From the NCBI GenBank assembly GCA_049325335.1, contig JBMOMC010000001.1, positions 224,001-288,000 of the forward strand: a DNA stretch of 64,000 nt, given 5' to 3'. The stretch is from Nitrospirota bacterium. Lineage in GTDB: Bacteria > Nitrospirota > Nitrospiria > 2-01-FULL-66-17. Made by a program: the position numbers and the translations under genes. Each line of letters begins with the position of its first letter. Position 1 is the stretch's first letter. The notes below the pieces were generated by a model that worked only from the letters and a program-made list of their open reading frames with translations, ran no database searches and was not told where the DNA came from. Shown here piece by piece: positions 27,542 to 37,936 of this stretch.

Positions 27542-27596
27542 TTGGGGGCAGCGTCCTGTTCCGTCGTTCATTTCGGAAAAAGGACGCTGCCCCCAA
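27542..27596. repeat. Long intergenic hairpin / REP-like palindrome
   Basis: TTGGGGGCAGCGTCCTGTTCCG ... CGGAAAAAGGACGCTGCCCCCAA. Confidence 0.65.
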
Positions 27597-27622
27597 TGAG
27601 TGCGGGCTGATGGAACGGGGGT

Positions 27623-28468
27623 TCAGCCGAACAGTGCGCGTTCGGCGTCGTACGTCTTCTTAAACGCGTCTTCGATCTGGGCGAGCGCGTCCTCGGTCAG
27701 TTTGAGTTCCACCGCGGCCGGTAACGAGAGAATGTCCACCTCCATGGGCGCGCGCACGCCGATGCCCACTTTGTCGCACAGATGGGCCGCCACATTGACG
27801 ATCGCGCCTAAGCGACGCACGTACGGGTCGTTCGGATCGAGTTTGGAAATGTCGTGGTGATAGGTCACCACGTGCTCTAATTCCGGAGAGAAGTTCCATT
27901 TCTGCAAGACCAAGCCGCCGACCTCGGCGTGGGTGAACCCGAACACCTCTCGTTCCACCTCCACCGCGTCGCGGCCCTCGTTGTACACCGTGGCCATGAC
28001 CTGAGAATAGCGCTCGGGATCCGTGTTGTTCATGACCACCCGGCCGATGTCGTGGAGTAACCCGGCCGTAAAGACCTCTTCACCTTTTTTGAGTCCGGAC
28101 ACCTTCTCCAAATGGTGGGACGCCATCGCCGAGCCCACGGAGTGATCGTGCAACATTTTTTCGGCCAGTCCGAACCGCTTGTACACGTCCTTGGTGGACG
28201 CCGCGAACACGACGTTCGACAAGGTCTGAAACCCGATGACCACGATCGCCTGGCTGATCGTGTTGATCGCGCGCCGGCATCCGTAGAACGAAGAGTTGGC
28301 GATCTTGAGCACCCGCGCGGCCAGCGCCTGATCCACCGAGATCGCCTTGTTCAACGCCTCGGCCGTGGTGTTCTCATCCGCCAGCAGGCTGACCACCCGC
28401 CCCGCGATGGCCGGCATCGTGGGCAGGTCGCAGCTCTTCATGATCAGGGTTTCAAGTTCCGTCGGCAT
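27623..28468 (-). CDS. HDOD domain protein
   Basis: LPTMP, DQALAARVLKIANSSFYG, AGLLHDIG, E..VFGFTHAEVG...KWNF. Confidence 0.92.
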   Translation of the reverse strand: MPTELETLIMKSCDLPTMPAIAGRVVSLLADENTTAEALNKAISVDQALAARVLKIANSSFYGCRRAINTISQAIVVIGFQTLSNVVFAASTKDVYKRFGLAEKMLHDHSVGSAMASHHLEKVSGLKKGEEVFTAGLLHDIGRVVMNNTDPERYSQVMATVYNEGRDAVEVEREVFGFTHAEVGGLVLQKWNFSPELEHVVTYHHDISKLDPNDPYVRRLGAIVNVAAHLCDKVGIGVRAPMEVDILSLPAAVELKLTEDALAQIEDAFKKTYDAERALFG

Positions 28469-28729
28469 CGTCGCTCCTCCCTGTACGGCACCACCTGGGC
28501 CAACAGCCGTTCAGTATAGCGGCAGTTCCGGACGTTGCCAAAATTTCACAGGGGTGCACGTGGTCGGACAAGGATTCCAGCCACGCGGCACCCCATATAC
28601 AGGGCCTCTAGGCCTACGCCTATTGGTCCGTTGACAGTGCCGCGGGCCTTCCTTAGAATGGCCGCTCCGGGGCTGCGTGCCCTGTTGTGTCCGCTCACTC
28701 TCAGCATCGATCACTCAAGGAGGTTCCAT

Positions 28730-30973
28730 ATGTCGCTGCAATCCGTGCAGGCGGTCTATAAAAAAATGGCCGAGGTCGCGCCCAAGGCCCGCAAGAAGTT
28801 CGGCCGTCCCCTCACGTTGGCCGAAAAAATCCTGGTCTCGCACGCGGATGATTTCGATACGCAGGTGTGGGAGCGCGGGAAGGCGCAGTTGCTGCTACGG
28901 CCCGACCGCGTGGCTATGCAGGACGCCACCGCGCAGATGGCGCTGCTGCAGTTCATGCAGGCCGGCAAGAAGCGCGTGGCCGTGCCCAGCACCGTGCACT
29001 GCGACCATTTGATCCGCGCCCAATCCGGCGCGAAGGCGGACATCGATCGCGCGATCGAAGAGAACAAAGAGGTCTACAACTTCCTCCGCTCGGCTGCGAG
29101 CAAATACGGCATCGGATTCTGGAAGCCGGGCGCCGGCATCATCCACCAGGTGGTCCTGGAAAATTACGGATTCCCCGGCGGCCTGATCATCGGCACCGAC
29201 TCGCACACCCCCAACGGCGGCGGCCTGGGCATGCTGGCGATCGGCGTGGGCGGCGCGGATGCGGGCGAAGTCATGGCCGGGCTGCCCTGGGAAGTGCTGC
29301 ATCCCAAACTGATCGGCGTGAGGCTCACCGGCCAATTGCAGGGCTGGGCGTCTGCGAAAGACGTGATCCTGTACCTGTGCGGCCTGCTCACGGTCAAGGG
29401 CGGCACCAACAAGATCATCGAATACTTCGGCCCCGGCGCAGCCACGATTTCCGCCACCGGTAAGGGCACCATCACCAACATGGGCGCGGAATTGGGTGCC
29501 ACCACCTCGATCTTCCCGTTCGACGAGAAGATGGTGGCGTACCTGAACATCACCGAGCGCGCCGACCAGGCGAAACTGGCGCAGGCCAACAAAGAATTAT
29601 TGGTGGCCGACCCGGAAGTCATGCAATCGCCCGAGAAGTATTACGACCAGATCGTCGAGATCAATCTCTCGGAGTTGGAACCGCACGTGGTGGGCCCGCA
29701 CACACCGGACCTCGCGCGCCCCGTCTCCAAACTCCCGTCCGAGGCCAAGGAAAAGAGCTACCCCATGCAGCTCACCGCCGCCCTTATCGGGAGCTGCACC
29801 AACTCCTCCTACGAAGACATCAGCCGCGCCGCGCACATCGCGCGCCAGGGGCTGAAGGCGGGGCTGAAAGCCAAGGCGCAATTTCTGGTCACCCCCGGCT
29901 CCGAGCGCATTTACCACACCATGCAGCGCGACGGGTTCATGAAAACGTTCGAAGACATGGGCGGCACCGTGCTCGCGAACGCCTGCGGCCCGTGCATCGG
30001 CCAATGGAAGCGCGAAGACGTCAAACAAGGCGAGAAGAACTCGATCATCAGCTCGTTCAACCGCAACTTCCCCGCGCGCAACGACGGCAACTCGGAAACA
30101 CTCTCGTTCCTCTCCAGCCCCGAGGTCGTGACCGCGATGGCGTTTGCCGGAACATTGGACTTTAACCCCGTGACCGGCACGCTGACGACCAAGGACGGCA
30201 GCAAGATCAAATTCGAGCCCCCGGTCGGCGAGGAGTTGCCGGCCAAGGGCTTCGCCAAGGGTGAAGAAGGCTTCATCGCCCCGGCCGAAAATGGCGACGC
30301 TGTGAAAATCGACGTGGCCCCCGGCAGCGACCGCCTAGCTCTGCTCGAACCGTTCCCGAAATGGGACGGCAAAGACTTCGCCAAACTCCCCATCCTCTTG
30401 AAGGCCAAAGGCAAGTGCACCACCGACCACATCTCCCCGGCCGGCCCGTGGCTCAAATACCGCGGCCACTTGGACAAGATCAGCGACAACATGTTCCTGG
30501 GCGCCACCAACGCCTTTACCGGCGAAGCCGGCAAAGTGACCAACGCGTTAAGCGGCGAAACCGGCAAGACACCCAGCGCCGTCGCGCGCGTCTACAAGGC
30601 CCAAGGCATCGGCTCCATCGTGATCGGCGACGAAAACTACGGCGAAGGCAGCAGCCGCGAACACGCCGCCATGTCCCCCCGATTCTTGGGCGTGAACGTG
30701 GTCATCACCAAGAGCTTTGCCCGCATCCACGAAACGAACTTGAAGAAGCAGGGCATCCTGCCCCTGACCTTCGCGAATCCCGCGGACTACGACAAGTTCG
30801 AAGAAAAAGACCGCGTGAGCATCACAGGTCTGTCGGCGTTAGCGCCTGGCAAACCCGTGGACGTAACCATCCACAAGGCCAGTGGGGACGTGAAGATCCA
30901 GGCTAACCACAGCATGACGGCGCAGCAGATTGGGTGGTTCAAGGCGGGGTCGGCGCTGAACGCCTTGGGATAA
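28730..30973 (+). CDS. acnA: Aconitate hydratase, mitochondrial-type
   Basis: [75 protein letters not shown]. Confidence 0.95.
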   Translation: MSLQSVQAVYKKMAEVAPKARKKFGRPLTLAEKILVSHADDFDTQVWERGKAQLLLRPDRVAMQDATAQMALLQFMQAGKKRVAVPSTVHCDHLIRAQSGAKADIDRAIEENKEVYNFLRSAASKYGIGFWKPGAGIIHQVVLENYGFPGGLIIGTDSHTPNGGGLGMLAIGVGGADAGEVMAGLPWEVLHPKLIGVRLTGQLQGWASAKDVILYLCGLLTVKGGTNKIIEYFGPGAATISATGKGTITNMGAELGATTSIFPFDEKMVAYLNITERADQAKLAQANKELLVADPEVMQSPEKYYDQIVEINLSELEPHVVGPHTPDLARPVSKLPSEAKEKSYPMQLTAALIGSCTNSSYEDISRAAHIARQGLKAGLKAKAQFLVTPGSERIYHTMQRDGFMKTFEDMGGTVLANACGPCIGQWKREDVKQGEKNSIISSFNRNFPARNDGNSETLSFLSSPEVVTAMAFAGTLDFNPVTGTLTTKDGSKIKFEPPVGEELPAKGFAKGEEGFIAPAENGDAVKIDVAPGSDRLALLEPFPKWDGKDFAKLPILLKAKGKCTTDHISPAGPWLKYRGHLDKISDNMFLGATNAFTGEAGKVTNALSGETGKTPSAVARVYKAQGIGSIVIGDENYGEGSSREHAAMSPRFLGVNVVITKSFARIHETNLKKQGILPLTFANPADYDKFEEKDRVSITGLSALAPGKPVDVTIHKASGDVKIQANHSMTAQQIGWFKAGSALNALG

Positions 30974-31012
30974 GCGCCTACGGACATCGTCGGGTGGACA
31001 TGGAACCGGTAG

Positions 31013-31249
31013 ATGCCAACCGTTATTAGGTCTGGCCCCTACCGGTTCTTCTTTTACGCGGACGACCACAATGAACCTCCGCACATTCATATCGAGCGAG
31101 ACGACAAGGTTGCCAAATTCTGGCTCGATCCGATACGCTTACAGAGTAGCGGCGGGTTCTCACGGGCGGACATCGCGCGGATCGAAAGACTCGTGAGGAC
31201 CAACCGAACGAAACTGATCCGGGAGTGGAATGAGTATTTCGGCCGTTGA
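31013..31249 (+). CDS. DUF4160 family protein (putative toxin-antitoxin component)
   Basis: MPTV.R.GPYRFFFY..DHNEPPHIH...AKFWL. Confidence 0.85.
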   Translation: MPTVIRSGPYRFFFYADDHNEPPHIHIERDDKVAKFWLDPIRLQSSGGFSRADIARIERLVRTNRTKLIREWNEYFGR

Positions 31250-31574
31250 AATCGAAGTCCCCTTGGCCCAAAAGGTCACGGTCACCGACGATACGCTCTG
31301 CGTTGACCTGAGTGACGGGCGTAGCATCTCAGTCCCGTTGGCCTGGTTTCCCCGATTGCAACACGCGTCATCGACCGAACGCAAACGCTGGCGCCTAATC
31401 GGGAAAGGGCACGGCATTCACTGGGAAGACCTTGATGAAGACATCAACGTCGAAGGGTTGCTGGCAGGTTGGCCTTCCGGCGAGAGTCAACTCTCTTTCA
31501 AACGTTGGCTGGAGACCCGCACGCCTCGTCGCCCCAAGCGTTCAAACGGACACGGGAAAAGCGCCAGACGGTGA
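31230..31574 (+). CDS. DUF2442 family protein (putative toxin-antitoxin component)
   Basis: LSDGRSISVPLAWFPRL...GIHWEDLDEDI.VEGLL. Confidence 0.88.
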   Translation: MSISAVEIEVPLAQKVTVTDDTLCVDLSDGRSISVPLAWFPRLQHASSTERKRWRLIGKGHGIHWEDLDEDINVEGLLAGWPSGESQLSFKRWLETRTPRRPKRSNGHGKSARR

Positions 31575-31706
31575 CGCGGGTGAGTCGCAATCACTGAAGT
31601 CAATAAGTCAAGTCTGACCCCGATCGGCCCCGTCGTCGTAGGCTACCGGCTGCCGCGGACCGATGGCCCGCCACGTTGAATCCATTTCGCGCCGCTTCGC
31701 ACGCGC

Positions 31707-33308
31707 ATGCTTGACGTCATCGAACTAATCATCGGGCTCCTGATCGGCGTCGCCGCGCTGTCGGCCCTCGCGCGAAAGATGCTCGTGCCCCCGGCGATCG
31801 TCCTGGTCGTCGGCGGCGCCCTGTTCGGGCTGATCCCAGGGCTGCCACCGGTGCATCTCGATCCGGACATGGTCTTTCTGTTCCTGCTGCCGCCGCTGCT
31901 CTATCCCGCGGCCCTGTTTACCTCGTGGAGGGATTTTCAGGCTAATTTGCGGACGATCTCGCTCTTGGCGGTGGGCTTGGTGCTGTTCACCACCGCCGCG
32001 ATCGCCTGGCTCGCTTACTCCATGATGGGCATGCCCCTGGCCGCGGGGTTTGTGTTGGGGGCGATCATTTCCCCTCCCGACGCGGTTGCAGCCACCGCCA
32101 TCACGCAGCGCCTGCGCGTTCCGCGGCGCATCATCACGATCTTGGAGGGCGAAAGCCTGGTGAACGACGCCACGGCGCTGGTGGCGTACCGGTTCGCCGT
32201 GACCGCCGTCGTGACCGGAACCTTCTCGTGGACCGAAGCCGGTTGGCGGTTCCCGGCGGTGGCTGCGGGAGGCATCGCGATCGGGCTGGTCATCGGCCAC
32301 GTGGTGGCGCGCATTCAACAGCGGCTCGATGACCCGCCGATTCAGGCCACGATCTCCTTGTTGACGCCGTATGCGGCCTTTGTGTCAGCCGATCACCTCG
32401 GCGTCTCCGGCGTGCTGGCCGTGGTCACGGCCGGCGTGTACCTGGGCTGGCGCTCGCCAGAAATTACCACGGCGAGGATGCGCCTGGTGGTGCGCCCGGT
32501 GTGGGAAACTATCGGCTTCGTGTTGAACGGCTTTGTGTTCATCCTGATCGGCCTCCAATTGCCGGACGTGCTGCACGCGGTCTCGGACTATTCGGTCCTC
32601 CAACTGACCACCTACGCTCTGCTCATCAGTCTCGCGGTGATCGTGATCCGGTTACTGTGGGTCTACCCTGCGGCCTACGTGCCGCGTTGGCTGGTTCCCG
32701 CTCTTCGCAAGCGCGATCCCTATCCGGCGTGGCAGCACGTCATGATCGTGGCGTGGACCGGCATGCGCGGCGTGGTCTCGCTGGCCGCGGCCCTGGCCAT
32801 TCCCTTCACCCTGGCCGACGGCTCGCCGTTTCCCGGCCGGTCGTTGATCCTGTTCCTCACGTGTACGGTCATCGTCGCGACCCTGGTGGTCCAGGGCCTG
32901 AGCCTCCCCGTCTTGATTCGCTGGCTCGACGTCACGGACGACGGGGCGGAGGATGGGGAAGAGCGCGAGGCCCGGCTGAAAGCCAATCAAGCCGCCTTGG
33001 CGCGGCTTAATGAGTTGGCGCAGTCCTCGTCGATCAACGCCGACGTGATCCAGCGCATGCGGGTGGAGTACGAAGACCGGATCCGCCAATTGAAGCTGAC
33101 CGGCTCGGTCGACGGCGATGCCCCGAGACCCTTATTCGCCCCCGACTATGAAACCCTGTCGCACACCCTGCTCCGGACGGAGCGCGACGTCATTCTGCAC
33201 CTGCGCAACGAGCACGTGATCAACGACGAAGTCCTACGGCGCGTGCAGCGCGACATCGACCTGGCCGAAGCCCGCTTGCACCGCCGCCCAGCCCGCGCCC
33301 CGGCCTGA
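31707..33308 (+). CDS. Na+/H+ antiporter, CPA1 (YjcE-like)
   Basis: LPPLLY, ISPPDAVA, LEGESLVNDA, GMRGVVSLAAAL motifs. Confidence 0.93.
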   Translation: MLDVIELIIGLLIGVAALSALARKMLVPPAIVLVVGGALFGLIPGLPPVHLDPDMVFLFLLPPLLYPAALFTSWRDFQANLRTISLLAVGLVLFTTAAIAWLAYSMMGMPLAAGFVLGAIISPPDAVAATAITQRLRVPRRIITILEGESLVNDATALVAYRFAVTAVVTGTFSWTEAGWRFPAVAAGGIAIGLVIGHVVARIQQRLDDPPIQATISLLTPYAAFVSADHLGVSGVLAVVTAGVYLGWRSPEITTARMRLVVRPVWETIGFVLNGFVFILIGLQLPDVLHAVSDYSVLQLTTYALLISLAVIVIRLLWVYPAAYVPRWLVPALRKRDPYPAWQHVMIVAWTGMRGVVSLAAALAIPFTLADGSPFPGRSLILFLTCTVIVATLVVQGLSLPVLIRWLDVTDDGAEDGEEREARLKANQAALARLNELAQSSSINADVIQRMRVEYEDRIRQLKLTGSVDGDAPRPLFAPDYETLSHTLLRTERDVILHLRNEHVINDEVLRRVQRDIDLAEARLHRRPARAPA

Positions 33309-33327
33309 TCTTCCCGGCCCCACTCGA

Positions 33328-33781
33328 GGCGGTCTGGGTTTGGTCCGCACCGCAGACGGCTGGATACTGGTCTCCGAACTCCCGCACGGTCGCGAAGCGT
33401 TGCACCTAATGAGCGGATCATCGGCCAGCCCGAGTTTCTCGAGCAGGTCCTTCGGCAGCTCGACGAGGCAGAGACCGCTGCGCGCAAGCACCGGACGGTC
33501 ACGCTGGAGTCCCTGCTCACCGCGGTCTGTCGCGATCAGCAGATCACGCGCGAGGCCATCCGGGGTGGCGGACGCCTGTCAGCCATGTCGCGGACACGCG
33601 AAGGGCCCACCTATATCTCTGGGTGGAGTGCTTAGGGCGCAGCGGTCGGCAATTAGCACAATCGATCGGCGTCCGCCCAGAGTCGGTCTACCAGGCGGCT
33701 CGACGGGGCGCGCTCACGTCCACTCGGTGGCGACAGATGCTCAGTCACATCCCGTAAGGCCACGAAAGCCGCAACGTCCCC
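33328..33781 (+). pseudogene. 3' remnant of a RAYT-like (Y1) transposase with C-terminal HTH, two frameshifts
   Basis: Joined frames read GGLGLVRTADGW...GREA / NERIIGQPEFLEQVL...LESLLTAVC...GGGR / YLWVECLGRSGRQLAQSIGVRPESVYQAARRG*, followed by CAACGTCCCC. Confidence 0.6.
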
Positions 33782-33797
33782 GCCTTTTGTCCGTTCA

Positions 33798-33834
33798 GAA
33801 AAACAAAAAGCCCGGGGGGTGAGTGTCCCCGGGC
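33798..33834 (-). terminator. Rho-independent terminator of the cold-shock gene
   Basis: GCCCGGGG..CCCCGGGC stem followed by TTTTTGTTTT on the - strand. Confidence 0.75.
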
Positions 33835-33856
33835 CCTCGCCGTTCAGAGCGTACAG

Positions 33857-34057
33857 TTAGATCTTGGTGACCTTTTCCGCTTGCTGTCCTTTCGGACCAT
33901 TCACGATCTCAAATTCAACCTGTTGACCTTCGTCCAACGATTTGAATCCGTCGCCTTGAATGGCTGAAAAGTGCACGAACACATCGCGACCCTCTTCCGG
34001 TGTGATGAATCCGTAGCCCTTGCTGCCGTTGAACCACTTCACTGTTCCTTTTGCCAT
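33857..34057 (-). CDS. cspA: Cold-shock protein
   Basis: [16 protein letters not shown]...[18 protein letters not shown]. Confidence 0.95.
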   Translation of the reverse strand: MAKGTVKWFNGSKGYGFITPEEGRDVFVHFSAIQGDGFKSLDEGQQVEFEIVNGPKGQQAEKVTKI

Positions 34058-34372
34058 ATGCAATCACCTCCCTTCATCGAACTCGGGAATCCTCCCGGGG
34101 TACGAAGCGAACGGAGGCGAAAAAAAACCGCAGGCGGAATTGCGTGCGCTGCGGTAGTTTTACTCACTCGACCTCTGACCACTCACAATACCTGGGCAGG
34201 TTGTACCACGGCGGTACGGAGAGTGTCAATGTATTTCTTTGATCATTTCTTTGGTCGCTCACACCTCCCGCTCGCGCACGAGCCTCTGCGCTTTTGTCGA
34301 ACAACCGCGACGTTTCTGTTCGACGATTGTGTTCCTGTCCGAAAAACTCCCCACGGAATGCCCATCCCGCTA

Positions 34373-34388
34373 CGGCACGCTGCTTGCT
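34373..34388 (+). promoter_or_regulatory. Sigma54 (-24/-12) promoter
   Basis: CGGCACG-CTGC-TTGCT (GG-N10-GC); upstream inverted repeat GTCGAACA-N13-TGTTCGAC at 34296-34324. Confidence 0.65.
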
Positions 34389-34415
34389 TTTCCTACCTCC
34401 CAAATGGGAGTCGCT

Positions 34416-35234
34416 ATGCGGACATTCATCGAGTTCGTGGTCGCCGCTGGGTTAGCATTGATTTTTCATGTTGCGCTAAGCCTCGAACACGAGGCCTACA
34501 TCCTGTTCGGCGTCGGCGTGTTGTTGACCCTCGCCGTGCACTTGATCTTGGACCGCGTCGCGGCGGTCGAGCGCCGGGCGCTCGATGCGGTGGCGCGCGC
34601 GCACCGGATCGATTCGGTGCTCGAACGCGTCCGAGACCCCGAAGCCCTAGTCAAAAGCCGGACCGTCATGGATACCACGCACCACGTGCTGGCGCTCTTG
34701 AGCAAGGGCGCCATTCCGCTCACCGAAGGCGAGTACTACTTCGAGGCCGGACAGTGTCTGGCCCAGTGCACGCGCGAGATCCGCGCCGTGAACTCGGTGG
34801 ACGTGACGGACTGGGTCGGTAAGGTGCAAAAGCGTAAGTACTACCACGATCAAATCCGCACCCGTCACCGCGGCGTCGCCATCTCCCGCATCTTCGTGCT
34901 GCGACGCGCGGACCTGGACGACCCCACGGTGATCGAGACGATACGCCACCAGCAGCAGGACGGCATCTCCGTGCGCATCGCGCTGCACGAAGACCTGGCC
35001 TTCTCCGGACGCGAAGGCGTGGAGATGCCGACGAACTTCGTGTTGTTCGACGACAAGGTGCTGATCATCCGCACTCCGTTGCTCGGACTCTATTACGGGA
35101 AAAAGACCCGCACGTCCGACGAGATCGAACGCTCTCGGCGGACGTACGAATTGTTGGACCAATACGCGCGCCCGCCGGCAGACTTGTTGCCCCAGTCTAC
35201 GGCAACCGATGCTTCGTTGGCGAAGGCATCGTAG
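34416..35234 (+). CDS. Hypothetical membrane protein (2 TM + soluble domain)
   Basis: GGGAG RBS; two N-terminal hydrophobic helices; normal codon usage; RIFVL and NFVLFDD segments. Confidence 0.75.
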   Translation: MRTFIEFVVAAGLALIFHVALSLEHEAYILFGVGVLLTLAVHLILDRVAAVERRALDAVARAHRIDSVLERVRDPEALVKSRTVMDTTHHVLALLSKGAIPLTEGEYYFEAGQCLAQCTREIRAVNSVDVTDWVGKVQKRKYYHDQIRTRHRGVAISRIFVLRRADLDDPTVIETIRHQQQDGISVRIALHEDLAFSGREGVEMPTNFVLFDDKVLIIRTPLLGLYYGKKTRTSDEIERSRRTYELLDQYARPPADLLPQSTATDASLAKAS

Positions 35235-35288
35235 CGTTCGTCGTTGACTCGATATCACTATTCACTTGTCACCCGAAGGAGGAACGTG

Positions 35289-36629
35289 ATGCAACACGCC
35301 GTGAGATATCTCGCCCCAACCGTCCTGGCCGCGCTCGCGGCCGTCGGGACCGGGGCGCCGCGCGCGTACGGCGCGCTCGATGCCCAGGTCGTCACCATCG
35401 GCGGCGAAGTCCGGGAACGGTACGAGTTTCGGGATAATGCCGACTTTAACTCCAATGCCGCGGATACATTGAGCTTCATCTCGTCGAGGATTCGCCTTCA
35501 CCTGAACTACGAGGTCACGCCCGACGTAGCCGCGTTCATCCAGATACAGGATGCCCGACAGTTCGGCGGCGAAGTCTCCACCGTGTCCAACGACCATTTG
35601 CTGGATCTGCACCAGGGATACATCACGATCAAGAACCTGGGGACCGCAAGCCTCACGGTCGGCCGACAGGAGATCTTTTTCGGCGAGCATCGTCTGGTCG
35701 GGCATTTCGGATGGAACAATGTCGGGCGGAGCTTTGACGGACTCCGTCTGGCCTACGTCACGGCTCCCGCGCGCGTAGACGTTTGGGCCACATCCGTGAA
35801 GGTGTACGGGACCAACACCGGGGCCAGCCCATCGTTCGCGTCGTCCAATAACGACGCCCAACAGTTTTACGGCGTCTACGGAAGCGTGAAGACGCCGGTG
35901 GCGGTCGTGGAACCCTACATTATGTATCTGCGCGATACCACCGGGGCCGCCACGCCGTCGGCCATCACCGCGCCTGCCGCCACCGGACAGCGCCGGACCA
36001 CGGCGGGCCTTCGCGTGGACGGGAAAGCGGTCAGTGAGTCCATCGACTTTACCGGCGAGGGTGCGTACCAGTTCGGGACGATGGCGGCGCGGGGCGCGAC
36101 GCCCGAGAGCGACATTTCCGCGTACGCAATCGCGCTCAAAGCGGGTTACACCGTGCCGGTTGCCATGAAACCTCGAATCGGCCTCGAATACGACCGGGCC
36201 ACGGGAGATAGCGACAGCACCGACGACAAGTTTGAGACGTTCGAGAACCTCTTTCCCACCAACCATCCCTTCTACGGATTTATGGACTACGTGGGATGGC
36301 GGAACATGCAGGACATCAGGCTGTCATTGAGCGCCAAACCGAGCCCCACCACCGGCGTCAGCCTGGATTATCACAAGTTCTCCCTCGCCGAAGACACCGA
36401 CAACTGGTACGCGGCATCGGGGGCCGTCTTTCGGACAACCCCGGGAGGCAACACTGAATCGGATCTCGGACAAGAGATCGACCTGGTGGGTTATCTGATG
36501 GTGAAAGAGAAGGTCCGGGTCGAAGCCGGGTATGGACGCTTCATGCCAGGAGACTACGTGGACGTGAACTTTCCGACCGCGAACGACGCGTCGGATTGGT
36601 TATACCTGCAGGTTGGAACCAGTTTCTAA
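35289..36629 (+). CDS. Alginate-export (AlgE-like) family outer-membrane porin
   Basis: GGEVRERYE, VGRQE, W.NVGRSFDG, A.GD...F..LFPTNH..YG.MD, LGQEIDL; C-terminal Phe. Confidence 0.85.
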   Translation: MQHAVRYLAPTVLAALAAVGTGAPRAYGALDAQVVTIGGEVRERYEFRDNADFNSNAADTLSFISSRIRLHLNYEVTPDVAAFIQIQDARQFGGEVSTVSNDHLLDLHQGYITIKNLGTASLTVGRQEIFFGEHRLVGHFGWNNVGRSFDGLRLAYVTAPARVDVWATSVKVYGTNTGASPSFASSNNDAQQFYGVYGSVKTPVAVVEPYIMYLRDTTGAATPSAITAPAATGQRRTTAGLRVDGKAVSESIDFTGEGAYQFGTMAARGATPESDISAYAIALKAGYTVPVAMKPRIGLEYDRATGDSDSTDDKFETFENLFPTNHPFYGFMDYVGWRNMQDIRLSLSAKPSPTTGVSLDYHKFSLAEDTDNWYAASGAVFRTTPGGNTESDLGQEIDLVGYLMVKEKVRVEAGYGRFMPGDYVDVNFPTANDASDWLYLQVGTSF

Positions 36630-36644
36630 GGAGCCCGGAACGAC

Positions 36645-37934
36645 ATGTCGAACGCATCGGATCAATCGAATAAGGCCAAGCACAACTTCACTCGTCGCGA
36701 CGCCATCAAGACCGCGGGCGTGACCGCGCTCGGCATGCTGCTCGCCGGACTGCCCCCCTTGCGGGGCGGGTTGTTCGCGGGAACCGGCGACACGCCGGAG
36801 ACGACCAAACTCAAGATCGGCTTCATACCATTGACCGACTGCGCCTCGGTCGTGATGGCGTACGAACTGGGGCTATACAAGAAGTACGGCCTCGACGTGA
36901 CCATCTCTAAAGAAGCATCGTGGGCCGCGGTGCGCGACAAGCTGACGATCGGCGACATCCAGGCCTCCCACATCCTTTATGGGATGCCCTACGCATCGAC
37001 GCTCGGGATGGTAGGCGCCGAGGGCCAGCAAAAGGCCATGGTCATTCCGATGGCGTTGAACCAAAACGGTCAAGCCATCACCTTGGACAATAAGCTCAAG
37101 GCACGGGGCGTCAAAACGCCTCACGACATGAAGAAGGTCATCGACGCGGACAAGGGTAAGAAGACGTACACGTTCGCCATGACGTTCCCGCCCGGCACGC
37201 ACGCAATGTGGATGCGGTATTGGCTGGCGTCTGGCGGCGTGGACCCGGACAACGATATCAAGCTGATCACCATCCCGCCCCCCCAGATGGTGGCCAACAT
37301 GCGGATCGGCAACATGGACGGGTTCTGCGTGGGTGAGCCGTGGAACGCGCGCGCGATCTTCGACGGCATCGGATTCACCGCCATCACCACCCAGCAGATG
37401 TGGGTCAACCACCCGGAAAAGGTCTTGGGCATGACCCAGGAGTTCGCGGAAAAGAACCCCAAGACCGTGAAGGCCATTCTTATGGCCGTGATCGAAGCGT
37501 CGCAGTACATCGACAAGATGGAGAATCGAGCCAAGGTCGCGGAGACCATCGGGAAAAAGGACTACGTCAACGCCCCGTTCGATGTGGTGTTGGGGCGCAT
37601 GCAGGGCAAATACGTGTATGGAGACGGACGCACCGAGCAAGACGCCAACTACATGAAGTTCTACCGGGACGGCGAAGTGACATTTCCGTGGAAGTCACAT
37701 GGCCTGTGGTTTCTGACGCAGCACCGCCGGTGGGGGTTCCTGAAAGACCCGATCGACTACAAGAAGGTCGTGGACTCGGTCAACCGGACGGACCTGTACC
37801 GGGACGCGGCCAAGGCGTTGGGCATCCCGGTGCCCGCCGAGGAGTACAGGGAGGAGACGTTGTTCGACGGGATCGAGTTCGACCCCGCGGATCCGGAAGG
37901 CTATGTCAAGAAGTTCGGCATCAAGAGAGTGTGA
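36645..37934 (+). CDS. nrtA: NrtA/CmpA/CynA-family ABC substrate-binding protein (Tat signal)
   Basis: TRRDAIK; GFIPLTDCA, TFAMTFP.GTH, PPPQMVANM, FCVGEPWN, HPEKVL. Confidence 0.9.
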   Translation: MSNASDQSNKAKHNFTRRDAIKTAGVTALGMLLAGLPPLRGGLFAGTGDTPETTKLKIGFIPLTDCASVVMAYELGLYKKYGLDVTISKEASWAAVRDKLTIGDIQASHILYGMPYASTLGMVGAEGQQKAMVIPMALNQNGQAITLDNKLKARGVKTPHDMKKVIDADKGKKTYTFAMTFPPGTHAMWMRYWLASGGVDPDNDIKLITIPPPQMVANMRIGNMDGFCVGEPWNARAIFDGIGFTAITTQQMWVNHPEKVLGMTQEFAEKNPKTVKAILMAVIEASQYIDKMENRAKVAETIGKKDYVNAPFDVVLGRMQGKYVYGDGRTEQDANYMKFYRDGEVTFPWKSHGLWFLTQHRRWGFLKDPIDYKKVVDSVNRTDLYRDAAKALGIPVPAEEYREETLFDGIEFDPADPEGYVKKFGIKRV

Positions 37935-37936
37935 GC

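Noticed and set aside
28535..28729. N-terminal extension of aconitase
   Set aside because: The RBS and conserved sequence start at ATG 28730.
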